Source: Octopus vulgaris (Eukaryota). From it: DNA of 64,000 nucleotides. Location of the stretch: contig OX597833.1 in assembly GCA_951406725.2 (NCBI GenBank), forward strand, positions 19,468,001-19,532,000. Reading direction: 5' to 3'. A program made the position numbers and the translations under genes. Shown here in pieces: positions 13,689 through 26,154 of the stretch (within the stretch, counting starts at the first letter, position 1; each line of letters starts with the position of its first letter). A model generated the notes under the pieces. It had not been told where the DNA came from, did not search any database, and saw only the letters and a list, made by a program, of their open reading frames with translations.

Positions 13689-14539
13689 GAAAATTTTGAT
13701 TTAAACCTAACAATTTAGAATTATCAAATGCAAAATACTTTAAAATGTACTAATATAAACCCAACACAAATGGCCACATTTGAATGAGTCTAGGCTATGA
13801 CTCATAGTACAGGTGTGCTGGGCAGCATGCACAAGTTACCAATCTTTTTCCAATCTACCTATATATTGGTACATTGAATATTTGCATTTAAAAATTCTAA
13901 ATTGCTATGTTTAAATCGAAATTTACATGTAAATTTTAATTTTTCATCAATTGATATAAAATTTTATATATGTTCTGAAGCAACTTTTATAAGTGAGATA
14001 CATCTGTGTTATTTGTCTGCAAGCTTTGTGTATAGCCAGGACAGGTGTATATTCTAGGCTGGCTGTCTGGAGGGGGTGTATTCTGGGCTGTTACAGTGGC
14101 CATAAAACTGGCTTATTGATGACATAGTCTGCAAGAGTGGTTTATGAAGAGGTTGTGATTTGTTTTCACCTTCACATATTTACAAATGCCTATATTTTCG
14201 ATATATTTATCATCATAAGTTCATTCTTAATTTTACTTTTTATGTTTGTATTAAGCATCAATAAGTAGGGACCTAATAAGCCAATAAAAAGACTAGCTAG
14301 TAGCATTGTCAGAATTAAGATGTTCATTTTACATAAAGTTCTTAGTGACTTTTAGTTGACCTTTTTTAAAGTAGCTACAAAGTGTTACAATGGCAAGAAA
14401 CTTCACCTAAGTCCAACCGAATGACATAAATGAGGTCACTGAAGCAAAACAAAATTAACCAATTTCTTCAAAGTAACTTCTGCATGAATAAGGACTTAGC
14501 GTGCTTTTAAAAATATCTTATATATATATAATAATATTA

Positions 14540-15025
14540 ATAATGAAATTATTGTATACAGTGCTCAGGTGCACCACTAATTGTCAAAAGTGCATATAAA
14601 GCATATGCAGTAATGTACAAATGTCTGGGAAGTGAACATTGTATGAGTCAGATACATGCTTGCGTGTGTATGGAGGGGAGAAAATTAGGTGTAGTGTTGG
14701 CGAATCTCAGGAAGCATGGCAGTTTTGAAAGATACGATGCTCCGACAACTAACAACTGATGCTGGCAGTTTGTTCCATTCTTCAGCAACTCTCAGCGTGA
14801 AAAAATGTTTCCTAAAGTCATGGGAGCTGTGCTGTTTTCTGACTTTGTAAATATACCCACGGGTGTTAGACGGGTGGAGTTTGAAAAGGTGCTCGGAGTT
14901 ATTGTTAGTAAGATGGTTAATAATTTTATGGGTGTCTGCCAAGTCAGTTGCCAGACGTTGGAGTTTCAATGTATCCATGCCCAGGGAAGTAAGGCATTCA
15001 GAATATGGCAAATGCCTGATGGAGG
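14540..15025 (-). mobile_element. CR1-type LINE 3' end
   Basis: Encodes Y.ECL..LG..TL..R...DL..THKII..TRG..KV..RKHFFTLRV..WNKLP, with a tail ending (ATT)n. Related copies at 8910-9279 (+), ~31425-31630 (-) and ~35700-36090 (-). Confidence 0.88.
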
Positions 15026-15353
15026 GTATAAAAACCTACATTAAGCATTAGAGAAAGAAACCTAGTTGTTTCTTGCGATAAATACAAGTAAAGTAAAAAA
15101 AAATTTCACGGACACTTAAAATATTATCATGGACTCCTCCAACTTACTACGTTGCTTGTATGGAGTGCTCAAAAAATCTGATATGGACTCCCATATATCG
15201 ACCCCTGTTGAGAACCACTAATCTAAGTCATTCTATATCATATCATTACAATGAATTTGATGTCAGGGCAGATATGCTATCAATTAGCATTACAGCATAT
15301 AAGCTCTTAACATATCTCTTCTCCACAGCAAAGCAGCATCTCATAGTACTTAC

Positions 15354-15800
15354 TTGTACTTGTGGCAACATTCACCCTGGGCGGGTTGAGTCGGCTTCTT
15401 CTACCACCCTCGAGGCGTATTCGCCATTGAGAATTCATGGAAGAAGTTTCGTGAGAATATGTGAATTTCACAAGCGATCCCCAACAATCCCGCATGTAGA
15501 GACATCCTGTTTGCCGTAGATTGTCCGCAGACGCAGGGACAGAATGACCGAGGAGCCACCGGTTGCTGAAACAGATACTCCGAGGATTTTCACCAGTTGT
15601 GGCCCTAATACCACTCGGTGTCAGACCAATCCGCCTTGGGTGGCCCTACCAGGAACCGAAGTTCCCGACGGCATAGCTCTGACATTACCCGTTGCCAGCA
15701 TCCCCACCACGGTGAGGAGGGGATGGACTTTGGGGACGCTTGGGTCCCCAAAGTCCAACATCTCATAGCCAACAAAGGAACCTTTATATAGTTATCCCAT
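15354..15800 (-). mobile_element. Isolated RTE-clade LINE 5'-UTR-like structured segment, bounded by splice signals
   Basis: The - strand reads CCCCTCCTCACCGTGGTGG...GCTATGCCGTCGG...CCTGGTAGGGCCACCCAAGGC, resembling Expander/REX3-type RTE 5' ends (from recall). It has a 14-bp hairpin and a C(UUCG)G hairpin, with ttttttgcag upstream and gtaagt downstream. No long ORF. Confidence 0.5.
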
Positions 15801-17187
15801 CTGCAAAAAATTACCCCCAACCACTTTAAAAAAAAAGGCTAAAAACCATATTCATGAATAATTTAATCCTAAAATAATGCCAAAAGAAGTTATGGTCACA
15901 ACTTGGCTGGAATGTCAAAGGGAAGGAAAAAAGCTAGCAGAGAACAGAACATGCATATCGACACAGTTAAAAATTTTCCTTTAAATTCAGCTCTGTACCA
16001 AACAGAAAATATAAGTATCATTTTCAAAAGATATGAATGTCTCTTTCATAATACATATACAACTAGCACATATACAGGCGACAAAGAAATGAAAATTCAC
16101 AAAAGCATAACCTGGGTCATAACAAAACACTGACACAAAAAAAACCTAAGCAGCTCCATTATGTTCAACAAATTTCACACACACAATTAGATATAACAAA
16201 AACACCCCATATACTAAATTCAGGCACACCAGACACAACACCCAGAAACAACAACAAAAAAGACACACAATGTAACTATAGGTGTAGGAGTGGCTGTGAG
16301 GTAAGTAGCTTGCTTACCAACCACATGTTTCCTCCACCATAGCCTCAGGCTGACCAAAGCCCTGTGAGTGGATCTGGTTGACGGAAACTGAAAGAAGCCC
16401 ATCGTATATATGTGTGTGTGTTTATGTATGTATATATATATATATATATAATAAATTAATAAATAAAACATGTGCATATATACATACATATATGTACCTA
16501 CCTCTACATGTATATATACATGCATATATGGGTACAGGACACCAAAAAAATGTCAAACACAATGAAAAACGAAAACATGAACACAAAACCAAGGAAATGG
16601 ACATTTTTCTTAAACAACGAATAAATAGAGTACAGGACAAATAACACAAGGAAAATTCCCCTTCTTCAGTCTCCATGGTTTCATCTACTCTGCGTTTCGA
16701 AGGTGAAGTATGTATATGTGTGTGTATATATGTTTGTGTGTCTGTGTTTGTCCCCACAACATCACTTGACAACCGATGCTGGCATGTTTACGTCTCTGTA
16801 ACTTAGTGGTTCAGCAAAAGAGACCGATAGAATGAGTACTAGGCTTACAAAGAATAAGTCCTGGGGTCAATTTGCTCAACTAAAGATGGTGATCCAGCAT
16901 GGCCACAGTCAAATAACTGAAACAAGTAAAAGAGTATAAAAAGAGATAACAAAATGGTTCACACTCAAAACAAAATACTATAAGGACCCCCAGTGAGAAC
17001 CACTGCTCCATAACCTGAAGAAATCACAGCACTAAGATTTTCAACTTTTCATATCAAAATTACCAAATCCTCAGAATTTATAAACTAGGTAGAAAAAATG
17101 CCAAAACCTGACAAAAGTAACATCATACCCAAACATCTTTTTATTTGCATCTGTAGTGGATGCTTAGTGAAATTCTCTCTCTCTCTC

Positions 17188-17950
17188 TGTTATATATAAC
17201 ATAAATATGGACGTAGCAGATAACAGCTAGCCTTCGGCTGTTTGGACCCTGTTGTGTCCACTACTCTGATTGGTTGGTATTGGTGCAATTTGTTTCTTGC
17301 TCTATTACGCGCCAATATGCAACCCAACCCATCACAACCTTCTGAAGCTCTGTTTGAGCCGATAATTTGCTATAAAACTTCAACAATTCATCGAGTCGAA
17401 ATCTTTGGTTCTAGACCTTCTCAGGTCTAACTACTGACCACAGAGCACACATCTAGTTCCAGCGACAGACAACGCCAGCAGCATCAGGGCCTCCATCTTA
17501 ATTTCAACAACATCTCTACGTACACAACATTTGCTCAGGTGCAACTCCACACTGTTTGTGAATTACTTCACCCTGGTTAACAGCAAGTACAACCTGCGAG
17601 ATCTTCCTGTATCAAGTGACCGGAAACAGCATAGTAGCCACAACTTCTTACATGACATGTGCTTCAACCGGCTCTGCTTCTACACCACTTCTTGTTACAG
17701 TTCAACTATTGTGTACCTTACTACGAACTGGTATTTATCTTCATTGTGCGAGAACATTCTTCTAATGTCCTGTTATGGACTCTTTCTATGCTCTGTATTT
17801 TATCTCACATGCATACACCCTTGTTTGTACACACATACACATTATGTATGCATGACGACCTGTCTATTATTATTATTATATATGCACTTATGATGCACAC
17901 ACACACACACACACGTTAACACCTAAATTAAATCTTCTCTTAAACCTTCT
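17188..17950 (+). repeat. Dispersed ~750-bp repeat, possibly a solo LTR
   Basis: A diverged inverted copy lies at ~37180-37744. Both begin TGTTATATATA after a (CT)n run. Confidence 0.6.
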
Positions 17951-19438
17951 ATTGGTTTTGTATTTCTTTTTTTTAAATCCTGTTCCCCACCTAACAACTC
18001 AAATAGAATACTAACAAAAGAAAAAAAAAACTGGTACTCTGCTGACTATGATGACAAGTGTTCCAGTTGATCCAATCAACGGAATGTCCTCCTTATGAAT
18101 TAAAGCGACTGAGCACTCTACAGACACGTATACCTATTTCTTTACTACCCACAAGGGGTTAAACACAGAGAGGACAAACAAAGACAGACAAATGGATTAA
18201 GTCGATTACATCAACTCCAGTGTGTAACTGGTACTTAATTTATCGACCCCGAAAGGATGAAAGGCAAAGTCGACCTCGGCGGAATTTGAGCTCAGAACGT
18301 AACGGCAGATGAAATACCTATTTCTTTACTACCCACAAGGGGCTAAACACAGAGAGGACAAACAAAGACAGACAAACGAATTAAGTTGATTACATCGACC
18401 CCAGAGCATAACTAGTACTTATTTAATTGACCCCGAAAAGATGAAAGGTAAAGTCGACCTCGGCAGAATTTGAACTCAGAACGTAACGGCTACGCATTTC
18501 GCCCGGTGTGCTAACGACTCTGCCAGCTCACCACCTTCATACAAACACGCATACCCTTAACGTAGTTCAAAGAGAGATTCAGCATGACAAAGAGGGTAAC
18601 AAGTTTGGCCCTTTGAAATACAAATACCACTCATTTTTGCCAACTGAGTACACTGGAGCAGTGTGAAATAAAGTGTCTTGCTCAAGAACACATCACATCA
18701 CCTGGTATCAAACTCATGACCTTAAAATCATGAGCCAAATGCCCTAACCTATTTCTTTACTACCCACAAGGGGCTAAACACAGAGGGGACAAACAAGGAC
18801 AGACAAACGGATTAAGTCGAATATATCGACCCCAGTGCGTAACTGGTACTTATTTAATCGACCCCGAAAGGATGAAAGGCAAAGTCGACCTCGGCGGAAT
18901 TTGAACTCAGAATGTAACAACAGACGAAATACTGCTACGCATTTCACCCGCCGTGCTAACGTTTCTGCCAACTCGCTGCCTTTGTGGTTGGTAAGCAAGC
19001 TACTTACCTCACAGCCACTCCTACACCTATAGTTACATTGTGTGTCTTTTTTGTTGTTGTTTCTGGGTGTGCCTGAATTTAGTATATGGGGTGTTTTTGT
19101 TATATCTAATTGTGTGTGTGAAATTTGTTGAACATAATGGAGCTGCTTAGGTTTTTTTGTGTCGATGTTTTGTTATGACCCAGGGCCAAATGCCCTAACC
19201 ACAAAGCCACATACCTTCATAAATAAAATACTAAAAATTTTAATGAACAACAGGCGTAGGAGTGGCTGTGTGGTAAGTAGCTTGCTTACCAACCACATGG
19301 TTCTGGGTTCAGTCCCACAGCATGGCACTCCGGGCAAGTGTCTTCTACTACAGCCTCGGGCCAATCAAAGCCCAGTGAGTGGATTTGATAGACGGAAACT
19401 GAAAGAAGCCTGTCGTATATATGTATATATATATATAT

Positions 19439-19489
<51 letters not shown>

Positions 19490-19598
19490 ACAAAATAAGG
19501 GCAAAAGAAAAATTCTAATGCCAACCTTTAAAGGTATTTTTTGATATGCTGGCCATTGATAAAATTTTTTCTCGAAAAAAATTTTATCCTACATTAGT

Positions 19599-19631
<33 letters not shown>

Positions 19632-19710
19632 GTGTGTATATATACATATATATATGTATGTGTGTGTGTGTGTGTATATATATATACACACACATATATA
19701 TATGTATATG

Positions 19711-19742
<32 letters not shown>

Positions 19743-19904
19743 TGTGTTTGTGGGTGTGTGTATATATATTATATAATTATAATAAAGGGTTTTTTGCAAC
19801 AAGTTGCTTAAACCACACACCGAAAATATTAGAAATAGCAGTCAAATGGGCTACTATTACTATTACTACAAAAATAAGTCTCCACAAACAACAGTATTTG
19901 TAAC

Positions 19905-19960
<56 letters not shown>

Positions 19961-20061
19961 CTGATAAAAGTAACAAGGTTTTCTCAACAAATTGAAATAG
20001 TACAAAATTCTGTGCACTTACAGCACAGCATTTACATATTGTTATTATATTTATTTGCAGA

Positions 20062-20697
20062 ATGTCTTTTACAAAGAAAAGGTGATATGACGAGCCATAT
20101 TTGAGCTTCTGTTTCACTGTATGCTTACTGCTAGTGGAGTAGAAAAACCACAGTGTGTTCTGTGCCCTGAGGTATTGGCAGCTTCTTCGCTGAAGCTCAG
20201 CAGGCTAAAGAGGCATTTGGAAATGAAACATCCCAGTGCAGCCAACAAAGATGAGGAATTCTTCAGACACCAAGCTGAATGATTGGTCAAATCCAGGCTT
20301 GATGACACAGGAATGTGTATGCAGGACATTGCAGCTGGTCTGAAAGCTTCCTACAAGGTTTCAAGGAAAATTGCTACTGCAAGAAAACCTCATAACATTG
20401 GAGAGCAGTTAGTTCTTCCTTGCTGCAAAGATATAATCTCACTCGTGCTGCAAAGATATAATCTCACTACAGAAGCTTAAACATGTTTCACTTTCCAAAA
20501 ACACCGTCAGTCGATGAATAGCTGAGATATCTCATAATATTTTGTCTCAGGTCATCCCAAAGATAAAAACATAAGTGTTTAACTATGTCACTATCCCAAT
20601 TGATGAAACCTTTTAGAACCACTGAAAATGATATATTCCAGAAAGTGGATCACTACATGGCATAAACTGGGAGCACATTATTGGTGTGTGCACCAAG
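20062..20697 (+). pseudogene. Decayed hAT-Charlie/Buster (ZBED5/SCAND3-like) transposase
   Basis: Encodes KR*YDEPYL, the BED finger EKPQCVLCPEVL..SLK.SRLKRHLEMKHP, and ASYKVS..IA..RKPHNIGEQLVLPCCKDII. Contains stops, frameshifts and deletions. Confidence 0.88.
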
Positions 20698-20809
20698 GGG
20701 TCTCGACAAAAGTCCCCTAGGACAAAAAACCCTAGGGACAAAAAACCCGTAGGACAAAAGACCCCAAGGACAAAAGCCCCCTAGGACAAAAGACCCCTAG
20801 GACAAAAGC
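20697..20809 (+). repeat. ~6-7 copies of a 16-18-bp unit (CCTAGGACAAAAGNCC), probably subterminal repeats of a DNA transposon end
   Basis: The direct tandem repeat is visible. It begins exactly where the hAT homology stops. Confidence 0.7.
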
Positions 20810-21779
20810 TGTATAGTTATATTTATCAGTTATTTTTTCATTTTTAAAATTTGTTATTGAATGTATCAACACCAGAACTTTTTCTTACTTGTTGCAGTTA
20901 TTAGACTGCAGCTGGCCATGCTGGGGCCTTGCAAAATTTTTAGATGGCTGTATGGAACTCAGAATTTTTTTTTTAGGCTTGGTCAAAACCACTTCTGTGA
21001 TATAATTCATTTTTGCTTTTCTTTTTATTTGTTGCAGTCATTAGACTGTGGCCATGCTGGGGCACCACCTTGGGGGATTTTTAGTCGCTTGTATCAACCC
21101 CAGAACTTTTTTTACATGATTTTCAACCAGTGTATGAAGTTAAGCCTAGAAGGTCTCTTGACATACTAGAAATAACAGCCAAATCTCTTGAAATCTTTTT
21201 ATAACCTCACTCGGTTATATTTTTTGGTTATTCTTCATTTTTTTTTTTTTTCAAAAAATCTTTTTACTTGTTTCAGTCACTGGACTGCAGCCATGCTGGA
21301 GCACTGTCTTGAAGAATTTTTAGTCGAGCGAATCAACCCCAGAATCTTTTTTAGGTGATTTTCAACCAGCACATAAAATTAAGCCTAGAAGGTCTCTCCA
21401 GATGTTAGATATAACAGCCAAATCTTACAATTTCTTTTTTTTTTTTGATAATTTCACGTAAACAAAAATGGAAGTCTGTGTTGTAAAAAAAGAATTATTT
21501 CCAAAATTCCAATTTTTAAGTAAACAAGAATATATTCAATCAAAAAAACAGTATCTAAACATCTATATCTCTCACAATCGTATGTTCCATGTGTTTCCTT
21601 GTTTTTCAAATAATTTTTAAAGTTTGAAAATGAAAATAAATCAATCTTAACATCAAAAATAGAATAACAGGACCATTCAATGTACATATTGTCTAAATTC
21701 TAACAAAAAGGAAAGCATTTACTTCAAGAAATGCGTAGAAATATAAAAATGGTAAGAAGTACATTTAAATGACTATATA

Positions 21780-22070
21780 ATAAATCTCTGAGCAAGGTAT
21801 AAACAGCAGCTGCATGACATTGTGAAGTATATTTGGCACTTAAATGTGGCTAACCCTTAAGGGTGGACGGTACTGTAGCTTGTAGCCCCAGGAAGACACC
21901 TCCTCCTGCTGGCTATTGACACACTTTCTGTATCATATCCCTATGTCCTATAGGGCACATAAAGTGTGTTAATAGCCAGCTGGAGGAGGTGTCTTCCTGG
22001 GGCTACAAGCTACAGTACCGTCCACCCTTAAGAGTTAGCCACATTTAAGTGGCAAATATACTTCACAATG
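21780..22070. mobile_element. Asymmetric foldback insertion with 12-bp TSD
   Basis: Inverted arms of ~110 bp span 21818-22070, with an extra 38 nt on the left arm. AATGACTATATA is duplicated at 21768-21779 and 22071-22082. Confidence 0.8.
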
Positions 22071-22578
22071 AATGACTATATATAGACATAAAATGAAAGT
22101 AAATATTACACATGTCTCTGGCATGTTTTTTCTTCACAAAAACCAGAATTTGTCATTTTTTATGGAGAAACACCCATCTCCTTATTTAGGTAAACCATAA
22201 GCAGTACATTTGAATGACTAGCCTTCTGTTAGACCTTCAGCGGCCAGAGAAAGTTTAAAAGGTCAACTTGTTCACATTAATCTATAAGTGGCTGTGTGGT
22301 AAGTAGCTTGCTAACCAACTACATGGTTCCAGGTTCAGTCCCATTGCGTGGCATCTTGGGCAAGTGTCTTCTGCTATAGCCCCAGGCCGACCAATGCCTT
22401 GTGAGTGGATTTGGTAGACAGAAACTGAAAGAAGCCCGTCGTATATATGTATGTATATATATATATATATATAATTATTATAAATGAGGGTGAAAAATCG
22501 ATATTAATTTAATAATACCATTAATTTAACACCAAGTGGCTTAGCACAAAAAACTACGGAGAAAATACAAATTTATAC

Positions 22579-22900
22579 ATAAATTATTAGAGAGTTATCC
22601 ACTATGTGGATAACTCTAGTGCTAAAATAGCTCCGAAGCAACCACAGAAGAACAGTTTCCAACTAAAATCAACATACATTTGACGGAGGGAAAGTGAAAT
22701 ACAACGAATAAAATAGATTGACTCTACACTTCAATGCAATTAAGATGCATTGAAGTGTAGAGTCAATCTATTTTATTCGTTGTATTTCACTTTCCCTCCG
22801 TCAAATGTATGTTGATTTTAGTTGGAAACTGTTCTTCTGTGGTTGCTTCGGAGCTATTTTTAGCACTAGAGTTATCCACATAGTGGATAACTCTCTAATA

Positions 22901-22906
<6 letters not shown>
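22579..22906. repeat. Near-perfect palindrome, 160-bp arms, 7-nt spacer
   Basis: 22579-22738 is mirrored by 22746-22906. Same family as the single copy at ~29402-29653. It sits in the (TA)n tract inside a CORE-like SINE. Confidence 0.92.
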
Positions 22907-22953
<47 letters not shown>

Positions 22954-23459
22954 TGCGTGTGTGTGTGTCTGTGTTTGTCCCCCTAGCATTGCTTGACAAC
23001 CGATGCTGGTGTGTTTACGTCTCCGTCACTTAGCGGTTCGGCAAAAGAGACTGACTTTGCCTTTCGTCTGACGGAGATCAATAAAATAAGTACCGGTTAA
23101 GAATAGAGGTCGGTGTAATCAACTAACCCACTTCCCCCAAAAATTTCAGGCCTCATGCTTAATAGTAGAAAAGATAATTATCATCGCCATGATCATTGTC
23201 AATATTAATTTAAACGTATAATAGAGTTGTTACTATCCTCTGTGTGTGTGTGTGTGTGTGTGTACGTGTGTGTGTGTGCGTGTGTGTGTGTGTATGTACA
23301 CGTGTGTGTGAGTGTAGCGTGTGTGTGTGCGTGTGTGTATGTGCGTGCGTGTGTGAGTGTATGTGCGTGTATGTGCATGTGTTTGTGTGTGTGTGAGTGT
23401 ATGTGCGTGTGTGTGTGTATGTGCACGTGCGTGCGTGCGTGTGTGTGTGTTTAGAATTT

Positions 23460-24739
23460 AAGACGGTTTGTGTATAATTTTGACTGAGATTTGGCTGCTA
23501 TTACAAGCCTGACCAGCGACCACTTGTGGGGCTTTCCTCGTAACCTCCACTACGAGCACGTTGAAGGGCGTGACCGTTGGCTGAACGAGTGGCCAAATGA
23601 AACAAAGGGAGGTAATGCAGTTGCTGACTGACAAAAATAAACCAACAAGTTTACAGTTTTGCTTCGAAGATTTCGGATCGCCTAAACTTCCGAAATGGTC
23701 AATAACAGTTGTAATTGCCACTGTATTCATCATCAGCCAGGTGTCCGAGCGGTAAAAGAAAGTGTTATGTGGCTTTGCACGTTTTCCTTTCCCAGTAGAC
23801 TTTTGCTTAATACAACAAATGCAATTAGACTCACGTGAGAGAATGTAAACAAAGCAAAACACAAAAAAAAAAAAACACGCACCATAAAAACAAGAGCAAT
23901 AACAACAATATTCAGATATTAGACATTTTAAACATTATTTATTATGTTGGCTGACAACTGGCAAAAGATCGTCTTTCGTGGGTTAATTTATACACGGACA
24001 GAGCACCATGACCCTCTCTTTATATTTCACAGTTCGTCTGTGTTGAAGTAGTTAACATATATATATATAAGTTTATTTTATTGTATATCAGGGTGGTGCA
24101 GTTTTTCCACCTTCAACGTCTTCCTCCACCCTCAACCTCTTATAAATAGCTCGTAACACAATTGTTGACGTATTGATTACGCTTTCGCTTATTTAGCTCT
24201 CGGGTCAGCCCTAACCTGACAGCCTAATGATATCAGGTATTTCTGCCGTGACGATCCCAGTCGTTTCACAACACGGCTGCTATTTCCAAGCGATCTAACT
24301 TCTACATTTGATCGGTCTTGCCTTAGCAGACTTATGATAAAAGGCAATTTAACCTTCATTTCATAGTATATTTAAGATTATATTATCCAATGCGTACGTC
24401 CTTTCTTTCCATGTTTTTTAAGATAATAATTTCTGGGTAACTTTGGCTATTATTTCTGGCATGTGCAGTGACCGACCTGTAACATCTCCCGATGAATCGC
24501 TAAGTGTATTTGTATAAGCCAATTGTATAACTCGATGACAAGCTGTATATGTTTACATAGGGCCTGTTGCCATCCGTGTATTATCATAAATAATCGAGTC
24601 TTTTAAGTGTTCAGATCATTATTGATTCCCTTCCTACTGACACGACGTGTTATAACTTAATTCTGTAAAATCAAGGATTCATCTTAACTGAAAAGTAAAA
24701 GAACGAGAAAGAAAAAAAAAACAAGGAAGAACTTTTAAA
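23460..24739. promoter_or_regulatory. Probable promoter/5' region of the MFSD5-like gene
   Basis: Unique, TE-poor and relatively CpG-retaining stretch directly upstream of the ATG. Contains a palindromic E-box TCACGTGA at 23831-23838. No TSS can be fixed from sequence. Confidence 0.4.
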
Positions 24740-24890
24740 ATGTCGATTTTTTTATCTATATTCTTTGCATTCTTAGCAATCTGCTTGTTGCTGCACCTGC
24801 ATACATACAACAGCAACAAATTAAGCTCTGACAACCTTGCTTATCACACCCTCCAACGGACCTACCTGGGCGGCTACCTGTTTGCAGTTG
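24740..24890 (+). CDS. MFSD5: MFSD5 / molybdate-anion transporter-like MFS protein, coding exon 1
   Basis: ATG at 24740. Encodes MSIFLSIFFAFLAICLLLHLH...QRTYLGGYLFAV (N-terminal TM plus the family's 'QR.YL..Y' segment). Donor G|gtaaat at 24891, phase 1, joins exon 2 to give A-G-D-W-L-Q-G-P. Confidence 0.88.
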
Positions 24891-25279
24891 GTAAATATTC
24901 AAATTTTGTTAACAATGGCGGGAACCAATTTCAGTGATTGTTCCCTTTGGGGTGGGTGTGTGTGTGAGAGAGAGAGAGAGGGGGGGGATTATGGAGTAAG
25001 AGGTAAGCTACTGGCTTACGAACTCCCAGGCTCGAGTTCGATTTCTTGTAAAAACTAACTTCACTTCATATATTTATTTTTCTGAGACCTTTGAGAAAAA
25101 CATGAAGGGGCATGTGTCACTTTGTTATCAATTCCTAACATTTTGTCTTTTTCATTTTTATTTAAAATTTTTTTTTTGCCTTGGCACCAAATCGAATCTG
25201 CAATCCGTTTTCGATTTTCTCTATTCTGCAAATGACTTTTGGAAAAACGTTAACCCAGCAACAACCATATATTTCTTCC

Positions 25280-25318
<39 letters not shown>

Positions 25319-25499
25319 TAATTGTCTGTGTTAACTATATCCCAAAAATGGAGCCTTGTAACTTTGTTAGAAACTGGCTCCCTCCTCAGTGGAAGATTTA
25401 TAATAATTAAAAAAGAGAAGAGACATACATACTAACAAAAAGCAAAACATACAAGTCTGCATATGCACTGGCCCCAATTACTGCACACATACACACTTG

Positions 25500-26020
25500 G
25501 TTGGTTGGCATCCTTTTTGTCTCGGGAGACAATGGAGTTGCGCATAAAGTAGTCTAGTCCGGCTTTTACATTTCATGTCCTGATACATTTCCTGCTGTGG
25601 CTGTGTAGTCCTATCCTGGACAAACACTCCCTCTGGCAGGTACCGCAAATGTAGCGAAGACTGTTCCTGGCTGGTTGTAATGCCATAGTTTCTTGTTGAC
25701 GCCTTTTCTTGTATTTCCATTTCTCCTCTCTCTCTCTGTCACTCCTTTGTATTCCCTCTCTTACGGTACGTCGCCAGTCTCCACGGTTGTCGGCAACTGC
25801 CTCCCAACCGCTAATATTGATGTTGCAGGCCTTCATGTCCCTTTTGCAAACATCCTTGTAACGTAAGAGCGGTCTACCCACAGACCTAGTACCCCTAGCA
25901 AGCTCTCCGTAGAGTATGTCCTTGGGGATTCTGCCATCTTTCATACGGTTAACATGCCCAAGCCATCTCATACGTCTTTGTGTGAGGAGTGCAAACATGC
26001 TTGGTATTCTTGCTTGCCTG
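25500..26020 (-). mobile_element. RTE-BovB-like LINE 3' fragment
   Basis: Encodes RWLGHVNRM.DGRIPKDILYGEL..G.R..GRP.LRYKDVCKRDMK and a C-terminal C2H2 finger CGTCQRECLSRIGLHSH. Confidence 0.9.
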
Positions 26021-26118
26021 AGGACACATACAAATATGCACAAATACCCTGTTTATGTTGAAATTCTAACGGAAGAACCTTGTCTCTTTTCTGGTGATAA
26101 ATTACTAGTTTTGCCCAT

Positions 26119-26119
<1 letters not shown>

Positions 26120-26154
<35 letters not shown>

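Noticed and set aside
15354-15800. Coding exon, selenoprotein (several in-frame TGA) or antizyme-type frameshift
   Set aside because: All three frames have stops, no protein motif is recognisable, and there is no UCC-UGA shift site. An RTE 5'-UTR origin explains it better.
21880-21930. HDV-like ACCTCCTCC..CTGGC motif in the foldback
   Set aside because: P1, P2 and P3 could not be completed.
23458-23862. 134-aa - strand ORF next to the promoter
   Set aside because: Non-ATG start and no recognisable domain. More likely promoter or UTR sequence.
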